Positions 49,729 through 61,024 are shown, numbered from the stretch's first letter. The stretch: 64,000 nucleotides of DNA from Candidatus Methylomirabilales bacterium (GCA_046758505.1 JBHIAH010000003.1:32001-96000), one strand, 5' to 3'. Notes: generated from the sequence alone by a model not told the origin. A program made the numbers and translations.

Positions 49729-52700
49729 CTACGGCCGTTCCTCCGCCTCGCGTCCGACCGGCGGGATGACGTGGCGGCCGGCGACCTCCTCGGTCACGCG
49801 CCCCCCGAGCCGCGCCCTCAGGACGGCCTTGGCGTCCACCCAGAGGGAAAAGAGGGTGGGGATGAGGATCAGGGTGAAAACGCTCGCGACCACCAACCCC
49901 CCGAGCACCGCCGCCCCCAAGCCGCGGTACAGTTCTGACCCCGACCCCCGCGCAAAAACGAGGGGGAGCATGCCGAAGACGGTGGTGGCCGTCGTCATGA
50001 AGATCGGACGGATCCGTGTCCGGACGCTTTCCAAAATCGCCTCCTGCGGATGCCATCCCTCCCGCATGTGGTTCAGGGCTTGGTGCACGATGAGAATAGC
50101 GTTGTTGACGACAATCCCAGCCAGGATCACAAATCCCAGCATGGTGATCACATCCATCTTGATGGCCGGCTCCAGGGCATTGGCGAGTCTGACCGCGAGC
50201 ACGCCCCCCGTCGCGGCCAACGGGACGGTGAACATGATGATCAGGGGATAGCTCCAGGACTCGAAGAGGGAGCACATCAGAAGGTAGATGACCACAAGGG
50301 CCAGCAGGAAGGACCACTTGATGGAGTTCCAGGCGACACTGAGGTCCCGGGCCTGACCGGCCACGTCGATGGTCGTCCCCAGAGGGAGCGCCCTGCGCAC
50401 CGGGTTCACAACCTGCTCCACCAATTGGATCGCCTTCTCCAGCGGAACCGCACCCTTTACGTTGACGGTAAGCTTGATGGCCCGATCGCGGTCGATATGG
50501 TCCACCTTGGTGGGACCCGTGTCGAACCGGACGGCCGCGACATCCGAGAGCTTCACCAGCCGTCCGGCCGGTGTGAAGAAGACGATCTGGTCCAGGTCCT
50601 GCGTCCGCCGGATATCCTGCAGCGCGCCCTTGAGGACGAGGTCCAGGTCCTTCCCCCGCTCCCGAAACTCGCCGGCTTGGGTCCCATGCACCATCGTCTC
50701 CACGACGTACCCCACCTCCCGGGCGCTCAGGCCGAGCTGGGATGCCTTGGCGCGATCCACGCGGATCTGGAGCTCCGGGTTCCCGGCCTCGAAGCTCGTA
50801 TTGACGAAGTTGATCTGCGGGAGCCGGCGGAGGTCCCCCTGAAGCCGTTCGCTGATGGTCCGGATTTGCTTCAGGCTGTCTCCCTTGACCTCGACCTCGA
50901 GGTTGGTGCCGCCGATGAAGGCCCCCCGCCGCCGGAAGAGGGGGGACTGGGTGATGAAGACCCCTTCCGTCCCCGGGACGCCCTTCGCCCGCCGCCGCAT
51001 CTCGGTGATCACCCGGCGCATCCCGGGCAGGGTATGATACGCCGGCTTGACGATCGCGCCCATGATGGTGTTTTCCACCCGGGCCACTGCGAACATGCGG
51101 TGGATCTCGGGCAGGGCGAAGCGACGCTCGAACTCCTTCAGGATCGCCTCTCGCTGACCGATATTGAGGCCCGGGGTGGTTCGAATGAGGACAAAGATCA
51201 GATTCCGATTCCCCTGGGGAAGGTAGTCGATGGGGGGCATGAAGAGATAGCTGAGCGACACCGCGGCACAGACGATGGTGAGGGCCACAACAATTCGCCG
51301 CCGGACACCGCGCCGGAGCCAATCCAGGGCCCCCACGGTGGACCGGACGACGGTCGCTCCGAACCGCTCCAGGCCGAGCATATCGAAGAATCCCCAGAGG
51401 GACCGACGGGAGGTGGGGTTGTGCGCCCGCCGGTTCACCGTGAGGAGCCGGGAACTGAGCATCGGGACCACGGTCAGGGACACGATGAGCGACAACGCCA
51501 CCGCGGTGGAAATGGCGATGGCGATGTCGCGAAAGAGCTGTCCGGCCTCTTCCTTGACGAAGATGATCGGGACGAACACGAAGATGGTCGTCAAGGTGGA
51601 GGCCAACACCGCCCCCCAGACCTCGAGGGCGGCATCATAGGCGGCCTGGACCTTCCCCTTCCCCATCTGGCGGTGGCGATAGATGTTCTCGAGGATGACG
51701 ATGGAGTTGTCCACCACCATCCCGGCGGCAAACGCCAGCCCAGCCAGCATGACGATATTCAAGGTCCGGCCCAGGGCGTCCAAGACCACAAACGTCGCCA
51801 CCAGGGAGATGGGAATCGCGAAGGCAATGATAAAGATACTCGAGGGACTCCGGAGAAAGAGCAGCAGGACCGCCACCGCCAGAAAGGCCCCGTAGAAGAG
51901 ATTCGAGGTCACGAGACCCACCGACTCATAAATGTAATCGGTCTGGTCGTACACCTGGACGAGCTCGATGTCTTTCCCCCGGTAGAGATCGTTGAGGTAC
52001 GCAAGCTCTTTCTTGATCCCCTCCATCACTTCGAGGGTGTTGGTCCCGGTCCGGCGGAGCACGCCGAAGCCGATGGTCGGCTTGCCCCAGACCCGGACCA
52101 CCCGCTCCTTGTCCTCATAGCCGAACCGGACCCGGGCGATATCTCGGAGATAGACGATTCCCCGGGCATCCTGCCGGATGATTACGTTCGGGATCTGCCG
52201 GATATCGGTAAATTGCCCGAGGGTTCGGACCACGTACCGCCGCTTGCCCTCATCGATCTTTCCGGCCTTGACGTTCCGGTTTTCGCCGAGCAGGGCATCC
52301 CGAACCTGAGCCACCGAAATCTGCCGGGCGCCCATGGCCTCGGGGTCCAGAATCACGTGAACCTCCCGGTCCTCCCCGCCAAACATCCAGACCGTTGCGA
52401 CCCCCGGAACCCGTTCCAGCCGCGGTTCGATGACATCGTCCGCCTCCTCCCACACCTCGTTGATGGGTCGCGTCGTCTTGACGATGACCCAGGCGATGGG
52501 GGTTTCCTCGTCCGTATTGACCGCCCGGATCACGGACTCGTCCGCATCCGGCGGGAGGTCCTTGACGATCCCGAGCTTTTCCGAGACGTCGAGGCGGGCC
52601 ACATCCTTGTTGACCCCCCAGTCGAACTTGAGAATAATCCGACTGTCACCCTCGAAGGAGGTAGAGGTCATTTCGGTGAGGCTCTCCACCGAGTTGAGCT

Positions 52701-52908
52701 TCTCCTCGATCCGGTCGGTCACCTCCTGCTCCACCTCGAGGGGGGCCGCCCCCTGGTACTCGGTGCTCACGGTGATCTGGGGGCGGTCAATGGTGGGGGT
52801 CATCTGCCAGGGGAGGCGGAAGAGGGAGATGCTGCCGAAGAGGATGGCCAGCAGGACGCCGACTAAGACAGTGACCGGGTACTTGATGCAGGCCTCGATC
52901 AGCTTCAC
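49729..52908 (-). CDS. RND efflux permease (AcrB/HAE1 family)
   Basis: GMVVDNSIVILENI, ASTLTT, GIVVNNAIL, RIRPIFMTT. Confidence 0.95.
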   Translation of the reverse strand: MKLIEACIKYPVTVLVGVLLAILFGSISLFRLPWQMTPTIDRPQITVSTEYQGAAPLEVEQEVTDRIEEKLNSVESLTEMTSTSFEGDSRIILKFDWGVNKDVARLDVSEKLGIVKDLPPDADESVIRAVNTDEETPIAWVIVKTTRPINEVWEEADDVIEPRLERVPGVATVWMFGGEDREVHVILDPEAMGARQISVAQVRDALLGENRNVKAGKIDEGKRRYVVRTLGQFTDIRQIPNVIIRQDARGIVYLRDIARVRFGYEDKERVVRVWGKPTIGFGVLRRTGTNTLEVMEGIKKELAYLNDLYRGKDIELVQVYDQTDYIYESVGLVTSNLFYGAFLAVAVLLLFLRSPSSIFIIAFAIPISLVATFVVLDALGRTLNIVMLAGLAFAAGMVVDNSIVILENIYRHRQMGKGKVQAAYDAALEVWGAVLASTLTTIFVFVPIIFVKEEAGQLFRDIAIAISTAVALSLIVSLTVVPMLSSRLLTVNRRAHNPTSRRSLWGFFDMLGLERFGATVVRSTVGALDWLRRGVRRRIVVALTIVCAAVSLSYLFMPPIDYLPQGNRNLIFVLIRTTPGLNIGQREAILKEFERRFALPEIHRMFAVARVENTIMGAIVKPAYHTLPGMRRVITEMRRRAKGVPGTEGVFITQSPLFRRRGAFIGGTNLEVEVKGDSLKQIRTISERLQGDLRRLPQINFVNTSFEAGNPELQIRVDRAKASQLGLSAREVGYVVETMVHGTQAGEFRERGKDLDLVLKGALQDIRRTQDLDQIVFFTPAGRLVKLSDVAAVRFDTGPTKVDHIDRDRAIKLTVNVKGAVPLEKAIQLVEQVVNPVRRALPLGTTIDVAGQARDLSVAWNSIKWSFLLALVVIYLLMCSLFESWSYPLIIMFTVPLAATGGVLAVRLANALEPAIKMDVITMLGFVILAGIVVNNAILIVHQALNHMREGWHPQEAILESVRTRIRPIFMTTATTVFGMLPLVFARGSGSELYRGLGAAVLGGLVVASVFTLILIPTLFSLWVDAKAVLRARLGGRVTEEVAGRHVIPPVGREAEERP

Positions 52909-53993
52909 CGCTCACCCTCCTTCACCCGGCGCACCTCGACCGGCGATCCATCTTGGAGGATTTCGTTTCCGGACACCACGACCTCTTCCCCCGGCGTGAG
53001 ATCGCCCTTCACCACCTCGACCATCCCCTCCAGGGCCTGCCCCGTCTCGACCCGGCGCGCCTGGACCCGGGAGGTGTCGAGGACGAAGACCATCCGGTCC
53101 CTTCCCCGGACCACCACCGCATCCTTGGGGATAAAGATACCCCGACGGGACTCGCCGTGCCGGATGCTCACCCGGGCGAACATTCCAGCCTTCAAGAGAT
53201 GTTCCCGGGCGTTGTCCACCCGGATCTTGACCGGGAAGTTCCGGCTGCTGAGATCCGCCTGGGGGATGATGTACGCAACGCGGCCCTTGAAGGTCCTGCC
53301 GGGATAGGTGTCCACGACCACCGTCGCCCTATCTCCCACTCGGATCTTTCCGATCTCCCGTTCGTTGACGGGGATCCGGACGTAGACGGTGTCAATGTCC
53401 ACGAGGTCCGCGACCTTCCCTCCTTCCTCGACCCACTGACCAACCTCAACATGCTTTCTCACCATGTACCCGCCGAAGGGGGCAACGACGGTGGTTCGTC
53501 GAAGCTCATCGCTGACCTTCCGAAACGCCTCCGCGGCGGATTCCTCGAGCGCCTTGGCGGCGCGCGCTGCGGCCTTCGTGCGATCGCGCTCAGCCGCGCT
53601 GATGGCCCCCTCGGCGAAGAGGGCCTGGAAGCGGCGGTAATCCTGGTCCGCCCTGGTGAAGAGGGCTTGCCTCTCCTGAAGTTTTGCCTTCGCCTCCTTG
53701 ACCGCGATCTCCAGGTCGCTCCGGCGCAGGCGGGTGAGAACCTGTCCCTTTGCCACCCGGTCCCCCTCCCGGAGATCGAACCGGGCCACGGCGCCAGCCA
53801 CCTCGGCACTCACCGTGGTGTACAGGTTGGCCTCGACGGTCCCAACCGCCTGAATCTCGCGCGCCACAGCCCGCTCAACGACCCGCGCGACCTCGACCGG
53901 AACCGGGGGCGGCCCCTGGGCAAAGGACGGCGCAAGGGTCGCCGTCAAGAGCACGGCCCCGACAAGCCCGACAAAAGCCCCCCCGTATCTCAC
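52905..53993 (-). CDS. RND periplasmic adaptor subunit
   Basis: VSAEVAG, VVAPFGG, LLKAGMFARV. Confidence 0.92.
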   Translation of the reverse strand: MRYGGAFVGLVGAVLLTATLAPSFAQGPPPVPVEVARVVERAVAREIQAVGTVEANLYTTVSAEVAGAVARFDLREGDRVAKGQVLTRLRRSDLEIAVKEAKAKLQERQALFTRADQDYRRFQALFAEGAISAAERDRTKAAARAAKALEESAAEAFRKVSDELRRTTVVAPFGGYMVRKHVEVGQWVEEGGKVADLVDIDTVYVRIPVNEREIGKIRVGDRATVVVDTYPGRTFKGRVAYIIPQADLSSRNFPVKIRVDNAREHLLKAGMFARVSIRHGESRRGIFIPKDAVVVRGRDRMVFVLDTSRVQARRVETGQALEGMVEVVKGDLTPGEEVVVSGNEILQDGSPVEVRRVKEGER

Positions 53994-54002
53994 CCCTTCA
54001 CC

Positions 54003-54581
54003 TCAGACCCGCAAGAGCTCCAGAATGTGGCGACTGAGGGTCTCTACGAGACCCTTCGACGCATGCTTGTGTCCCAGGACCGCGTCGATCACGTGCCCCC
54101 GGTTCAGGTAATAGACCAGGATGGCGATCACACTGAAGGTGGCCTGCGCAACGTCGAGCACTCGGAAGACTCTCCGGTCCACCCCCTCACTGATCACCCG
54201 AGACAGCGCCTGGAATATTCGCCGGAAGTACGTCTGAGCGATGATCTGCACCTCCCGCTCCCGGCGCTCCACCGCCCGGTGCAGGAGGTGAAACTCATCC
54301 GGCCTCTCCCGGAAGAAGTCCAGGAAGGCTGCGACGATCGCCTCGATCCGCTGGAGCGGTGAGCCCGCCCCGCCCGCGATCCGCTCCACCTCCTCACACA
54401 GCGGCGCGACTGCTTTCTCCAGCAGATTCAGGTAGAGATTGCGCTTGTCCTTGAAGTAGTAGTAGAGGACCGGCTTGGTCACGGACGCCTCGGCGACGAT
54501 CTGCCGGATCGAGGCCCCGTCAAACCCGTGCCGGGCAAACTCCCGCTTGGCGACCCGCTCGATACGTCCCTTCGTGGTCAT
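54003..54581 (-). CDS. TetR/AcrR family regulator
   Basis: FARHGFDGASIRQI...LYYYFKDK. Confidence 0.93.
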   Translation of the reverse strand: MTTKGRIERVAKREFARHGFDGASIRQIVAEASVTKPVLYYYFKDKRNLYLNLLEKAVAPLCEEVERIAGGAGSPLQRIEAIVAAFLDFFRERPDEFHLLHRAVERREREVQIIAQTYFRRIFQALSRVISEGVDRRVFRVLDVAQATFSVIAILVYYLNRGHVIDAVLGHKHASKGLVETLSRHILELLRV

Positions 54582-54599
54582 TTACCTACCGTTAGGTAA
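54582..54599. promoter_or_regulatory. Candidate TetR operator TTACCTA-N4-TAGGTAA
   Basis: Perfect palindrome abutting the tetR start codon. Confidence 0.65.
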
Positions 54600-54677
54600 G
54601 TTCGTCCTCGAAAAAGAAACCCTCTGTTGCGAGGGTGTTTGGAGCATACCACACGGCATGCCCGGCGTCAAATGCGG

Positions 54678-54854
54678 CTACTTCTCCGTCTTCTTGATCA
54701 CCCGCTTCTCGCTGATTTCCACCTGATCTCCGCACTCGGGGCAGATGTAATTCCCCTTCTTGCTCCTGGGAGGATCCACCCCTCTCCCCCCGCAGGCGTG
54801 ACAGGTATAGGCGATGATCCTGTCGCGTTCCTCCACACCCTCTCCCGTCCCCAT
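54678..54854 (-). CDS. Small zinc-ribbon protein
   Basis: CHAC...CPEC; directly downstream of yraN. Confidence 0.6.
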   Translation of the reverse strand: MGTGEGVEERDRIIAYTCHACGGRGVDPPRSKKGNYICPECGDQVEISEKRVIKKTEK

Positions 54855-54859
54855 CGAGC

Positions 54860-55246
54860 TCACTCCATTCCCCACGCTGGCCCGCGCCCCTGCACCGCGT
54901 TCCGAATCAGCTCGACCTGCGCCTCGGCGCCGTGCGGTGGAAATTGTACGGCCACCACATCGACCCGGCAGGGGACTCGCAGGCGCCGCTCCCGCATATA
55001 CGCCTCAGCCACCCGGAGGATCTGCCGCTGCTTTCGCGCGTGAACCGCCTCGGCCGGTGCGCCAAACCGCGTCGAGCGCCGAGCCTTCACCTCGACGAAC
55101 ACCAGCACCTCCCCCTCCTGGGCGATGACATCGATCTCTCCCAGGGCACAGGTGAAGTTTTCCTCCACAATCCGAAACCCGAGCCCTTCCAGGAAGCGCC
55201 GGGCCACCGCCTCGCCTTCGATCCCGACCATGCGGCGGTCCGGCAC
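54860..55246 (-). CDS. yraN: YraN family nuclease
   Basis: GIEGE, GEIDVI, LVFVEVKAR, CRVDVV; GTG start with RBS. Confidence 0.92.
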   Translation of the reverse strand: MPDRRMVGIEGEAVARRFLEGLGFRIVEENFTCALGEIDVIAQEGEVLVFVEVKARRSTRFGAPAEAVHARKQRQILRVAEAYMRERRLRVPCRVDVVAVQFPPHGAEAQVELIRNAVQGRGPAWGME

Positions 55247-55248
55247 AG

Positions 55249-55869
55249 CTACCTCCCCTGCGGGACCAGGGGGAGCCGTATCTGTCGGAGCGGAGAGAAG
55301 GTCTTTCGATGGATGGGACTCGCGCCATGCGCGGCGATGGCCCGAAGATGCGCTCCCGTCCCATATCCCTTGTGTTGATCGAAGCCGTACGCCGGATACG
55401 CCTGGTGGTAGGTCGCCATGATGCGATCCCGGGTCACCTTGGCGACGATCGAGGCGGCACTGACGGAAGGACACGTGAGGTCCCCCCGCGGAACGGGAAA
55501 GACCGGAAGGGCAATCTGGGGAGCCGCCAATCCATCCACCAGAACCCCGTCGGGGGAGACGCGGAGATCCGCAACGGCCTGCTCCATGGCGAGCAGGGTG
55601 GCCTGCAGAATATTGCGCAGCTCAATGGTGGCGACCTCCACGATCCCCACCGCGACCGCCAGGGCCTCCTCTACAATCCGCCGGTACAGGACCTCGCGCC
55701 GCTGGTGGCTGACCCGCTTGGAGTCGGTCACGCCGGGGATCGCCCGGCCGCCCCGCAGGATCACCGCCGCCGCCACCACCGGCCCGGCCAAGGCCCCTCG
55801 CCCAGCCTCGTCCACCCCGGCCAGTCGCACAAACCCTTTCCGCCGGAGCGCCTCCTCGATGCCCCTCAT
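55249..55869 (-). CDS. rnhB: Ribonuclease HII
   Basis: GVDEAGRG, DSK, AASIVAKVTRD, HKGYGT. Confidence 0.96.
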   Translation of the reverse strand: MRGIEEALRRKGFVRLAGVDEAGRGALAGPVVAAAVILRGGRAIPGVTDSKRVSHQRREVLYRRIVEEALAVAVGIVEVATIELRNILQATLLAMEQAVADLRVSPDGVLVDGLAAPQIALPVFPVPRGDLTCPSVSAASIVAKVTRDRIMATYHQAYPAYGFDQHKGYGTGAHLRAIAAHGASPIHRKTFSPLRQIRLPLVPQGR

Positions 55870-56054
55870 CCCCGCGCCTCTCTACCTCCCCCGAGCCGGC
55901 CCAGGGCTCTGTCGCGGACATCCCGTTATGAACCCCGATCTGGCAGGCCCTGCGCGTCGAAGCAGCCTCCCGCGTGTCCTTACTCCCCGCCCGGGTTCGG
56001 ACCGATCAGCGTTCCCTCCGCCGAGCGGCCCATCGCCGCCGGCCGATCGGCCAC

Positions 56055-56423
56055 TCACCCCTTGGTGCCGGAAACCCGCTTCTCGCGAATCCGCGCGGCC
56101 TTCCCGCGCCGCCCCCGCAGGTAGTAGAGTTTGGCCCGGCGCACGCGGCCGGCGCGAAGGCGCTCGATCCGCTCGATCACGGGGGAGTGCAGCGGGAACG
56201 TGCGCTCGACGCCGACCCCATAGCTGACCTTCCGGACGGTAAAGGTGGACCCGAGGCCCGCCTGCCGCCGCCGGAGGACCACGCCCTCGAAGGCCTGGAG
56301 CCGCTCCTTCTCTGCCTCCCGTACCTTGACATAGACGCGAACCGCATCCCCAGGCCCAAACCTGGGAAGATCGGCCCGCAGGTGGCGGGCCTCCACCGAC
56401 TTCAGATAGTTACCGATATTCAT
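56055..56423 (-). CDS. rplS: 50S ribosomal protein L19
   Basis: [26 protein letters not shown]. Confidence 0.97.
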   Translation of the reverse strand: MNIGNYLKSVEARHLRADLPRFGPGDAVRVYVKVREAEKERLQAFEGVVLRRRQAGLGSTFTVRKVSYGVGVERTFPLHSPVIERIERLRAGRVRRAKLYYLRGRRGKAARIREKRVSGTKG

Positions 56424-57180
56424 GACCTCCTCGCGTGTTGATCCTCTCGCCGTTCTCTTCGAGCCGGATCTCAGAAAGCAGGAACTGATCCTCGGCGTTC
56501 AGTGACGCCCGCGCCACGAGATCCGGGCGGCGAATAAGCGTCCGGCGCAATGCCTCCTTCCGCCGCCAGCGTCGAATGTGTTCGTGATCCCCCGAGAGCA
56601 AGACTTCGGGAACCTGGAGCCCGCGATACACGGGCGGCCGGGTGTACTGGGGATGATCGAGCAGGCCGCCGGCAAAGGAATCCTGTTGTGCCGAATCCTG
56701 ATCCCCCAGCGCGCCCGGGATCAGGCGGGCCACCGCATCGATCAGCACCAGGGCCGGCAGCTCCCCCCCGCTCAAGACGTAGTCCCCGATCGAGATCTCG
56801 CGGTCTGCCAGGGTCCGCACCCGCTCATCAAAACCCTCGTACCGGCCGCACAACAGGATGAGATGTGTCGCCTCCGCCAGGCGGCAGGCCATGGCGTGAT
56901 CGAATCGCTCCCCTTGGGGCGTAAGGAGGAGAACCTGGCTCGCCGGCTCCCGCAGAACATCCACGGCCTCAAAGAACGGTTCCGGCTTCAGCACCATCCC
57001 CGCCCCGCCGCCGTACGGGACGTCGTCCACCACCCGATGTCGGTCATGGGTCCAGTCCCGGAGGTCGTGCACCCGAATGGTTACCAGGCCCTTTTCCTGG
57101 ACGCGCGCCAGGATGCTCTCGTCGAGGGGCCCGGAGAACATCCCCCGGAAGAGGGTCACGATATCATACCGTCTCAGCGT
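56410..57180 (-). CDS. trmD: tRNA (guanine-N1)-methyltransferase
   Basis: [31 protein letters not shown]; start inferred upstream of the ORF-track GTG. Confidence 0.95.
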   Translation of the reverse strand, partial: TLRRYDIVTLFRGMFSGPLDESILARVQEKGLVTIRVHDLRDWTHDRHRVVDDVPYGGGAGMVLKPEPFFEAVDVLREPASQVLLLTPQGERFDHAMACRLAEATHLILLCGRYEGFDERVRTLADREISIGDYVLSGGELPALVLIDAVARLIPGALGDQDSAQQDSFAGGLLDHPQYTRPPVYRGLQVPEVLLSGDHEHIRRWRRKEALRRTLIRRPDLVARASLNAEDQFLLSEIRLEENGERINTRGGHEYR

Positions 57181-57688
57181 CCACCAACCCTTCTATCGGC
57201 CGAACGACCATCACGCCTCTCGCCAGGTCGACTCGAAGAATAAAAGCCCGCACGGCGGGAAGGAGCCACTCTCCGCCGTCCCGTCGGACCACATACACGT
57301 CGTGCGCCTCCGATGGCCAGATGTCCACTATCTCGCCGAGCTCCTCTCCCGTCTCCGTCTGCACCTGCAGGCCGAGGATATCGTCATGATAGTAGACCGC
57401 CTCCGGCAGCGCGGGGGCCGAGGCCCGCGGAATACAGATCTCGTGGCCGCGCACCGCCTCGGCGGCTTCTCGATTGGCAATGCCTTCAAAGGTGGCCACC
57501 AGCAGATGTCGAAGGGGCCGCGTCTCCTTGACGAACACCTCCGACTCGCCCCGGGGCCCCCGAAGAATCACCGATCGTCCCGGAGCAAGGAGCGTGGGCA
57601 CATCCGTGAAGGACTTCACCTTCACCGCCCCCCGAAGACCCCAGGCACCCAGCACCCGCCCCAGGATCAATAATCTCTGAGACGCCAC
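57164..57688 (-). CDS. rimM: Ribosome maturation factor RimM
   Basis: [26 protein letters not shown]; synteny. Confidence 0.93.
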   Translation of the reverse strand: MASQRLLILGRVLGAWGLRGAVKVKSFTDVPTLLAPGRSVILRGPRGESEVFVKETRPLRHLLVATFEGIANREAAEAVRGHEICIPRASAPALPEAVYYHDDILGLQVQTETGEELGEIVDIWPSEAHDVYVVRRDGGEWLLPAVRAFILRVDLARGVMVVRPIEGLVDAETV

Positions 57689-57694
57689 CGGATC

Positions 57695-57928
57695 CTACTC
57701 GACAATCTCCAATACCGCCCGTCGCCGAGATTTGGCCGCCGTGGCGTGGAGGAGGGTTCGCATCGCCCGGGCGGTCCGGCCCTGCTTCCCGATCACCCGG
57801 CCCAAATCCGATTGGGCCACCTTGAGCCTCAACATCGTTGTTTTCTCGTCCTCGACCGCTTCCACGCTCACCGCATCGGGGTTGTCCACCAGGGCCCTTG
57901 CGACGAACTCGACCAGTTCCTTCAACAC
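57695..57928 (-). CDS. khpA: KH-domain RNA-binding protein KhpA
   Basis: DLGRVIGKQGRTARAMR. Confidence 0.93.
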   Translation of the reverse strand: MLKELVEFVARALVDNPDAVSVEAVEDEKTTMLRLKVAQSDLGRVIGKQGRTARAMRTLLHATAAKSRRRAVLEIVE

Positions 57929-58021
57929 GTCCGCCTCCTCAGTGCTGTCGCAGCTCTCGGCAGGATGCCCTCAGGGAGGAGGCCCTTGCTCCCGAGGTTC
58001 CGATCGACGAGCCGCTCTGCG

Positions 58022-58303
58022 TCAAGCGGTTTTCCGAGTCCTCCTGAGGCTGGCAAATCGTTCCAAAACCCCCGCGGTTGAGAGGAGCTCCCGCACCGTC
58101 GCCGTCGGCCGTGCACCCTGCTGAAGCCAGGAGAGGGCCTTCTCCTCATCGAGGGTCAACGCTGCCGCTTTCTGAAGGGGATTATAGACCCCGATGCTCT
58201 CGATGACGCGGCCATCCCGGGGCGTGCGTGCATCCGCCACGACAATCCGGAACACCGGCCGCTTCTTTGTTCCGATCCGCTTTAATCTGAGCCGTACGGC
58301 CAC
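58022..58303 (-). CDS. rpsP: 30S ribosomal protein S16
   Basis: [29 protein letters not shown]. Confidence 0.96.
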   Translation of the reverse strand: MAVRLRLKRIGTKKRPVFRIVVADARTPRDGRVIESIGVYNPLQKAAALTLDEEKALSWLQQGARPTATVRELLSTAGVLERFASLRRTRKTA

Positions 58304-58338
58304 TCCGTCACCTCCCGTTCCCTCAGACGATTCCACCC

Positions 58339-59664
58339 TTATCCCAGGGGAAAGAGGCCCCGGGTTCCCTCTTTCTTCCGTGCCTGGAGCACCTGTCGCA
58401 TCACGCGCTGGGTCTGGTGAAACTGTCGCAAGAGCTGGTTCACCTCGGCCACCGATGTGCCGGATCCCTTGGCGATTCGCTGACGCCGGCTTCCTGTCAG
58501 GATCCCCGGGCTGCGCCGCTCCGCCTTGGTCATGGAATCCAAGATGGCCTCCATGCGGGTGAGGGCCCTGCCGTCAACCTGTGGGGTGCCCATCCCCGCC
58601 GGGAGGCCCGGCAGCATCCCGATCAACTCCTCGACCGACCCCATCCGGCGGACCTGCGTGAGTTGTGCTCGAAAGTCCTCCAGCGTGTACGTCTCCCGCT
58701 GGATCTTCTGAGCCAGCGCCTCGGCCTGCGCCCGGTCCACCGCGGCTTCCGCCCGCTCCACCAGGGAGAGGACATCCCCCATCCCGAGGATCCGGGAGGC
58801 CATCCGCTCCGGATGAAACGGCTCGAGCGCCTCGAGCTTTTCTCCCACGCCGATGAACTTGATGGGGCGTCCCGTCACCGCCCGAAGCGTCAGGGCCGCC
58901 CCTCCCCGGGCATCCCCATCCAGCTTGGTGAGGATGAACCCGGTCAGATCCACCGCCCGGTGAAAGGTCGTGGCGACGCCGAGCGCGTCCTGACCGGTCA
59001 TGGCGTCCAGCACCAGGAGGGTTTCCACCGGATGGACCACCTCCTGGATGGCTTGCACCTCTGCCATGAGGGCATCATCGATATGGAGCCTGCCCCCCGT
59101 GTCCACGAGCACCGGTTCCAGGCCCCGTGCGACGGCGCATCGGGCAGCTTCCCGACACACGTCCACGGCAGAGGTGTGAGCGTCGCCGAAGACGTCGACC
59201 CCGATCTTCCCCCCGAGGACCTCCAGCTGTTTCGCCGCCGCCGGGCGACGCGTATCCGCCGCGACCAAGAGCGGCAACCGCCCCCGTCGCTTGAGCAGCG
59301 CGGCCAGCTTCGCCGCCGTCGTGGTCTTCCCCGATCCCTGGAGCCCGACCAGCATCACCACCGACGGGGAGTGTGCCGCCGAGGCCAAACCGCTTCCCGC
59401 TCCCCCGAGGAGCAGGGTCAGTTCTTCGAAAACAATCTTGACGACTTGCTGCCCCGGGGTGACGGACTGCAGCACCTCGCGGCCGATGGCCCGCTCTTGG
59501 ACGCGGGCCAGAAAATCCTTGACCACCCCGTAGTGAACATCCGCCTCGAGGAGCGCGAGGCGGACCTCCCGCAGGGCCGTGGCGATCTGCGCTTGGCTGA
59601 GCGTTCCGTGGCCCCGTAGCTTTTTGAAAATGCCCTGAAGCCGATCGGATAACCGGTGAAACAT
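58339..59664 (-). CDS. ffh: Signal recognition particle protein
   Basis: [31 protein letters not shown]. Confidence 0.97.
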   Translation of the reverse strand: MFHRLSDRLQGIFKKLRGHGTLSQAQIATALREVRLALLEADVHYGVVKDFLARVQERAIGREVLQSVTPGQQVVKIVFEELTLLLGGAGSGLASAAHSPSVVMLVGLQGSGKTTTAAKLAALLKRRGRLPLLVAADTRRPAAAKQLEVLGGKIGVDVFGDAHTSAVDVCREAARCAVARGLEPVLVDTGGRLHIDDALMAEVQAIQEVVHPVETLLVLDAMTGQDALGVATTFHRAVDLTGFILTKLDGDARGGAALTLRAVTGRPIKFIGVGEKLEALEPFHPERMASRILGMGDVLSLVERAEAAVDRAQAEALAQKIQRETYTLEDFRAQLTQVRRMGSVEELIGMLPGLPAGMGTPQVDGRALTRMEAILDSMTKAERRSPGILTGSRRQRIAKGSGTSVAEVNQLLRQFHQTQRVMRQVLQARKKEGTRGLFPLG

Positions 59665-59689
59665 AGCTCCGCCGTAAAGGTAAACACTT

Positions 59690-59718
59690 AAATTATCTGA
59701 TGTTACACGAATTGTCAA
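59690..59718 (-). promoter_or_regulatory. Candidate sigma70 promoter of the ffh operon
   Basis: TTGACA-N17-TAATTT in an AT-rich patch. Confidence 0.5.
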
Positions 59719-59916
59719 TAAACAATTTTTTTTCTTCAGCGGATGCCAAGGAGGGCACGGCACACCACCCCCCCTCTCGGCCTCAGGTAGCTCCCCAGCG
59801 AGAAATTGGCCTACCCCGAGGGAGGCGTCCATCTGCCCGACGCCATATTACGCGAGAGGTTGTGAAAAGGGAAGTCTTTTCGGTGCCGCATCCAGATGGA
59901 AGGAAAGACCAATAAG

Positions 59917-61009
59917 GGGACGTCCATAAAATTATAACAATCGCTTATGTCTTTAACAGTTTGACCTCCTTCATCTTGGCGATCTTCTCTCCCCGCCTGA
60001 CCGCGATACTCACCGCCGGCTGCGAGATGCCGAGCGTTCTCGCCAGAGCTGTGGCACTGGCACCGAGCTCCCGCACCGCCCAGTAGCAAAAGAGGCTCCG
60101 GGCATGTACCAGGGAACGATGCCTTCCCGGGCCATATATCTCTCGCGGCTCCATCTCGAACAGGGTGGCAACCCGCTGGGCAACTTGCTCGAGGCCATAG
60201 CCCTGGGCCTGGAGGCGATACCTGCGATCAAGTCTCTCTTCGTTCGCTGCAAGCACCTCCCGTACAAATCGACTGTCCCCCAGGATCCGTTCCTCCCCTT
60301 TGCGGCGGTCTCCCCCTTCTCGAACCTCGGTCACTTGCGACCATCCGCCGAGGCTCCGCATGAGGCTCCCACGTATCAGATCAGGTCTTTGCCCCTTTTC
60401 TATCCCCGCCTGCACATACTCTCTATACCGCCTCCGGGCCGCCGCACCCGTGCGGCCAAAATGCGCTAGAACAGTGTGAACGTCTTGCCAGTTGTTTTCC
60501 CGGTGGCCGAGAATGACACTATGGCCTGTATAAGGATACGCATCCAGATTGCCCAGACCCGCCACGATGTGCGCCCGGAGCGGATTGAGGTGGATGTAGC
60601 GCACCAGCTCCACGAGATACGCATCTTCCTGACAGAGAATGGATTTGTAGCGGTTCTGAAACAATGGGCCGTTCCGCCGGTGCCGCCGGTTATAGGTGAC
60701 CGCATACCCGGTGAGCAATCGTCTCATGACCGTGGCGAGGGGAACGACGCCGGTCCGCAGCAACAGGTGCACATGGTTGGGCAGGAAAGCCCACGCGTAG
60801 CAGCCGGTGGATGTTTCGGTTAGAATGGGGCCGAGGCGATTCTCAAACTGCTGCCGGTCAGTATCGTCCTGAAAGATCCGTTTCCGCTCGATCCCCCTGA
60901 TAATGATGTGGTGGAGAGCGCCGGGTGCGTCGATGCGGGATGTGCGTGGCATGGGACCAGTATAAGGGATGACCTGCGTTTCTGGAAATTATACTTTTAT
61001 GGACGTCCC
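59917..61009 (-). mobile_element. Second Y1/HUH transposase element bounded by 21-bp inverted repeats
   Basis: GGGACGTCCATAAAATTATAA (59917-59937) vs reverse complement of 60989-61009, one mismatch. Confidence 0.82.
59945..60952 (-). CDS. RAYT-like Y1 transposase with DnaA-C-like C-terminal domain
   Basis: HHIIIRG, NHVHLL, LFQNRY, RYIHLNP; ARSLFCYWAVRELG...ISQPAVS. Confidence 0.92.
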   Translation of the reverse strand: MPRTSRIDAPGALHHIIIRGIERKRIFQDDTDRQQFENRLGPILTETSTGCYAWAFLPNHVHLLLRTGVVPLATVMRRLLTGYAVTYNRRHRRNGPLFQNRYKSILCQEDAYLVELVRYIHLNPLRAHIVAGLGNLDAYPYTGHSVILGHRENNWQDVHTVLAHFGRTGAAARRRYREYVQAGIEKGQRPDLIRGSLMRSLGGWSQVTEVREGGDRRKGEERILGDSRFVREVLAANEERLDRRYRLQAQGYGLEQVAQRVATLFEMEPREIYGPGRHRSLVHARSLFCYWAVRELGASATALARTLGISQPAVSIAVRRGEKIAKMKEVKLLKT

Positions 61010-61024
61010 ATTTTTCCATTTTTC

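Noticed and set aside
50050..52866. 938-aa plus-strand ORF and similar long antisense ORFs (e.g. 38705..40306, 52953..54362, 35311..36699)
   Set aside because: Shadow ORFs opposite well-supported genes in high-GC DNA
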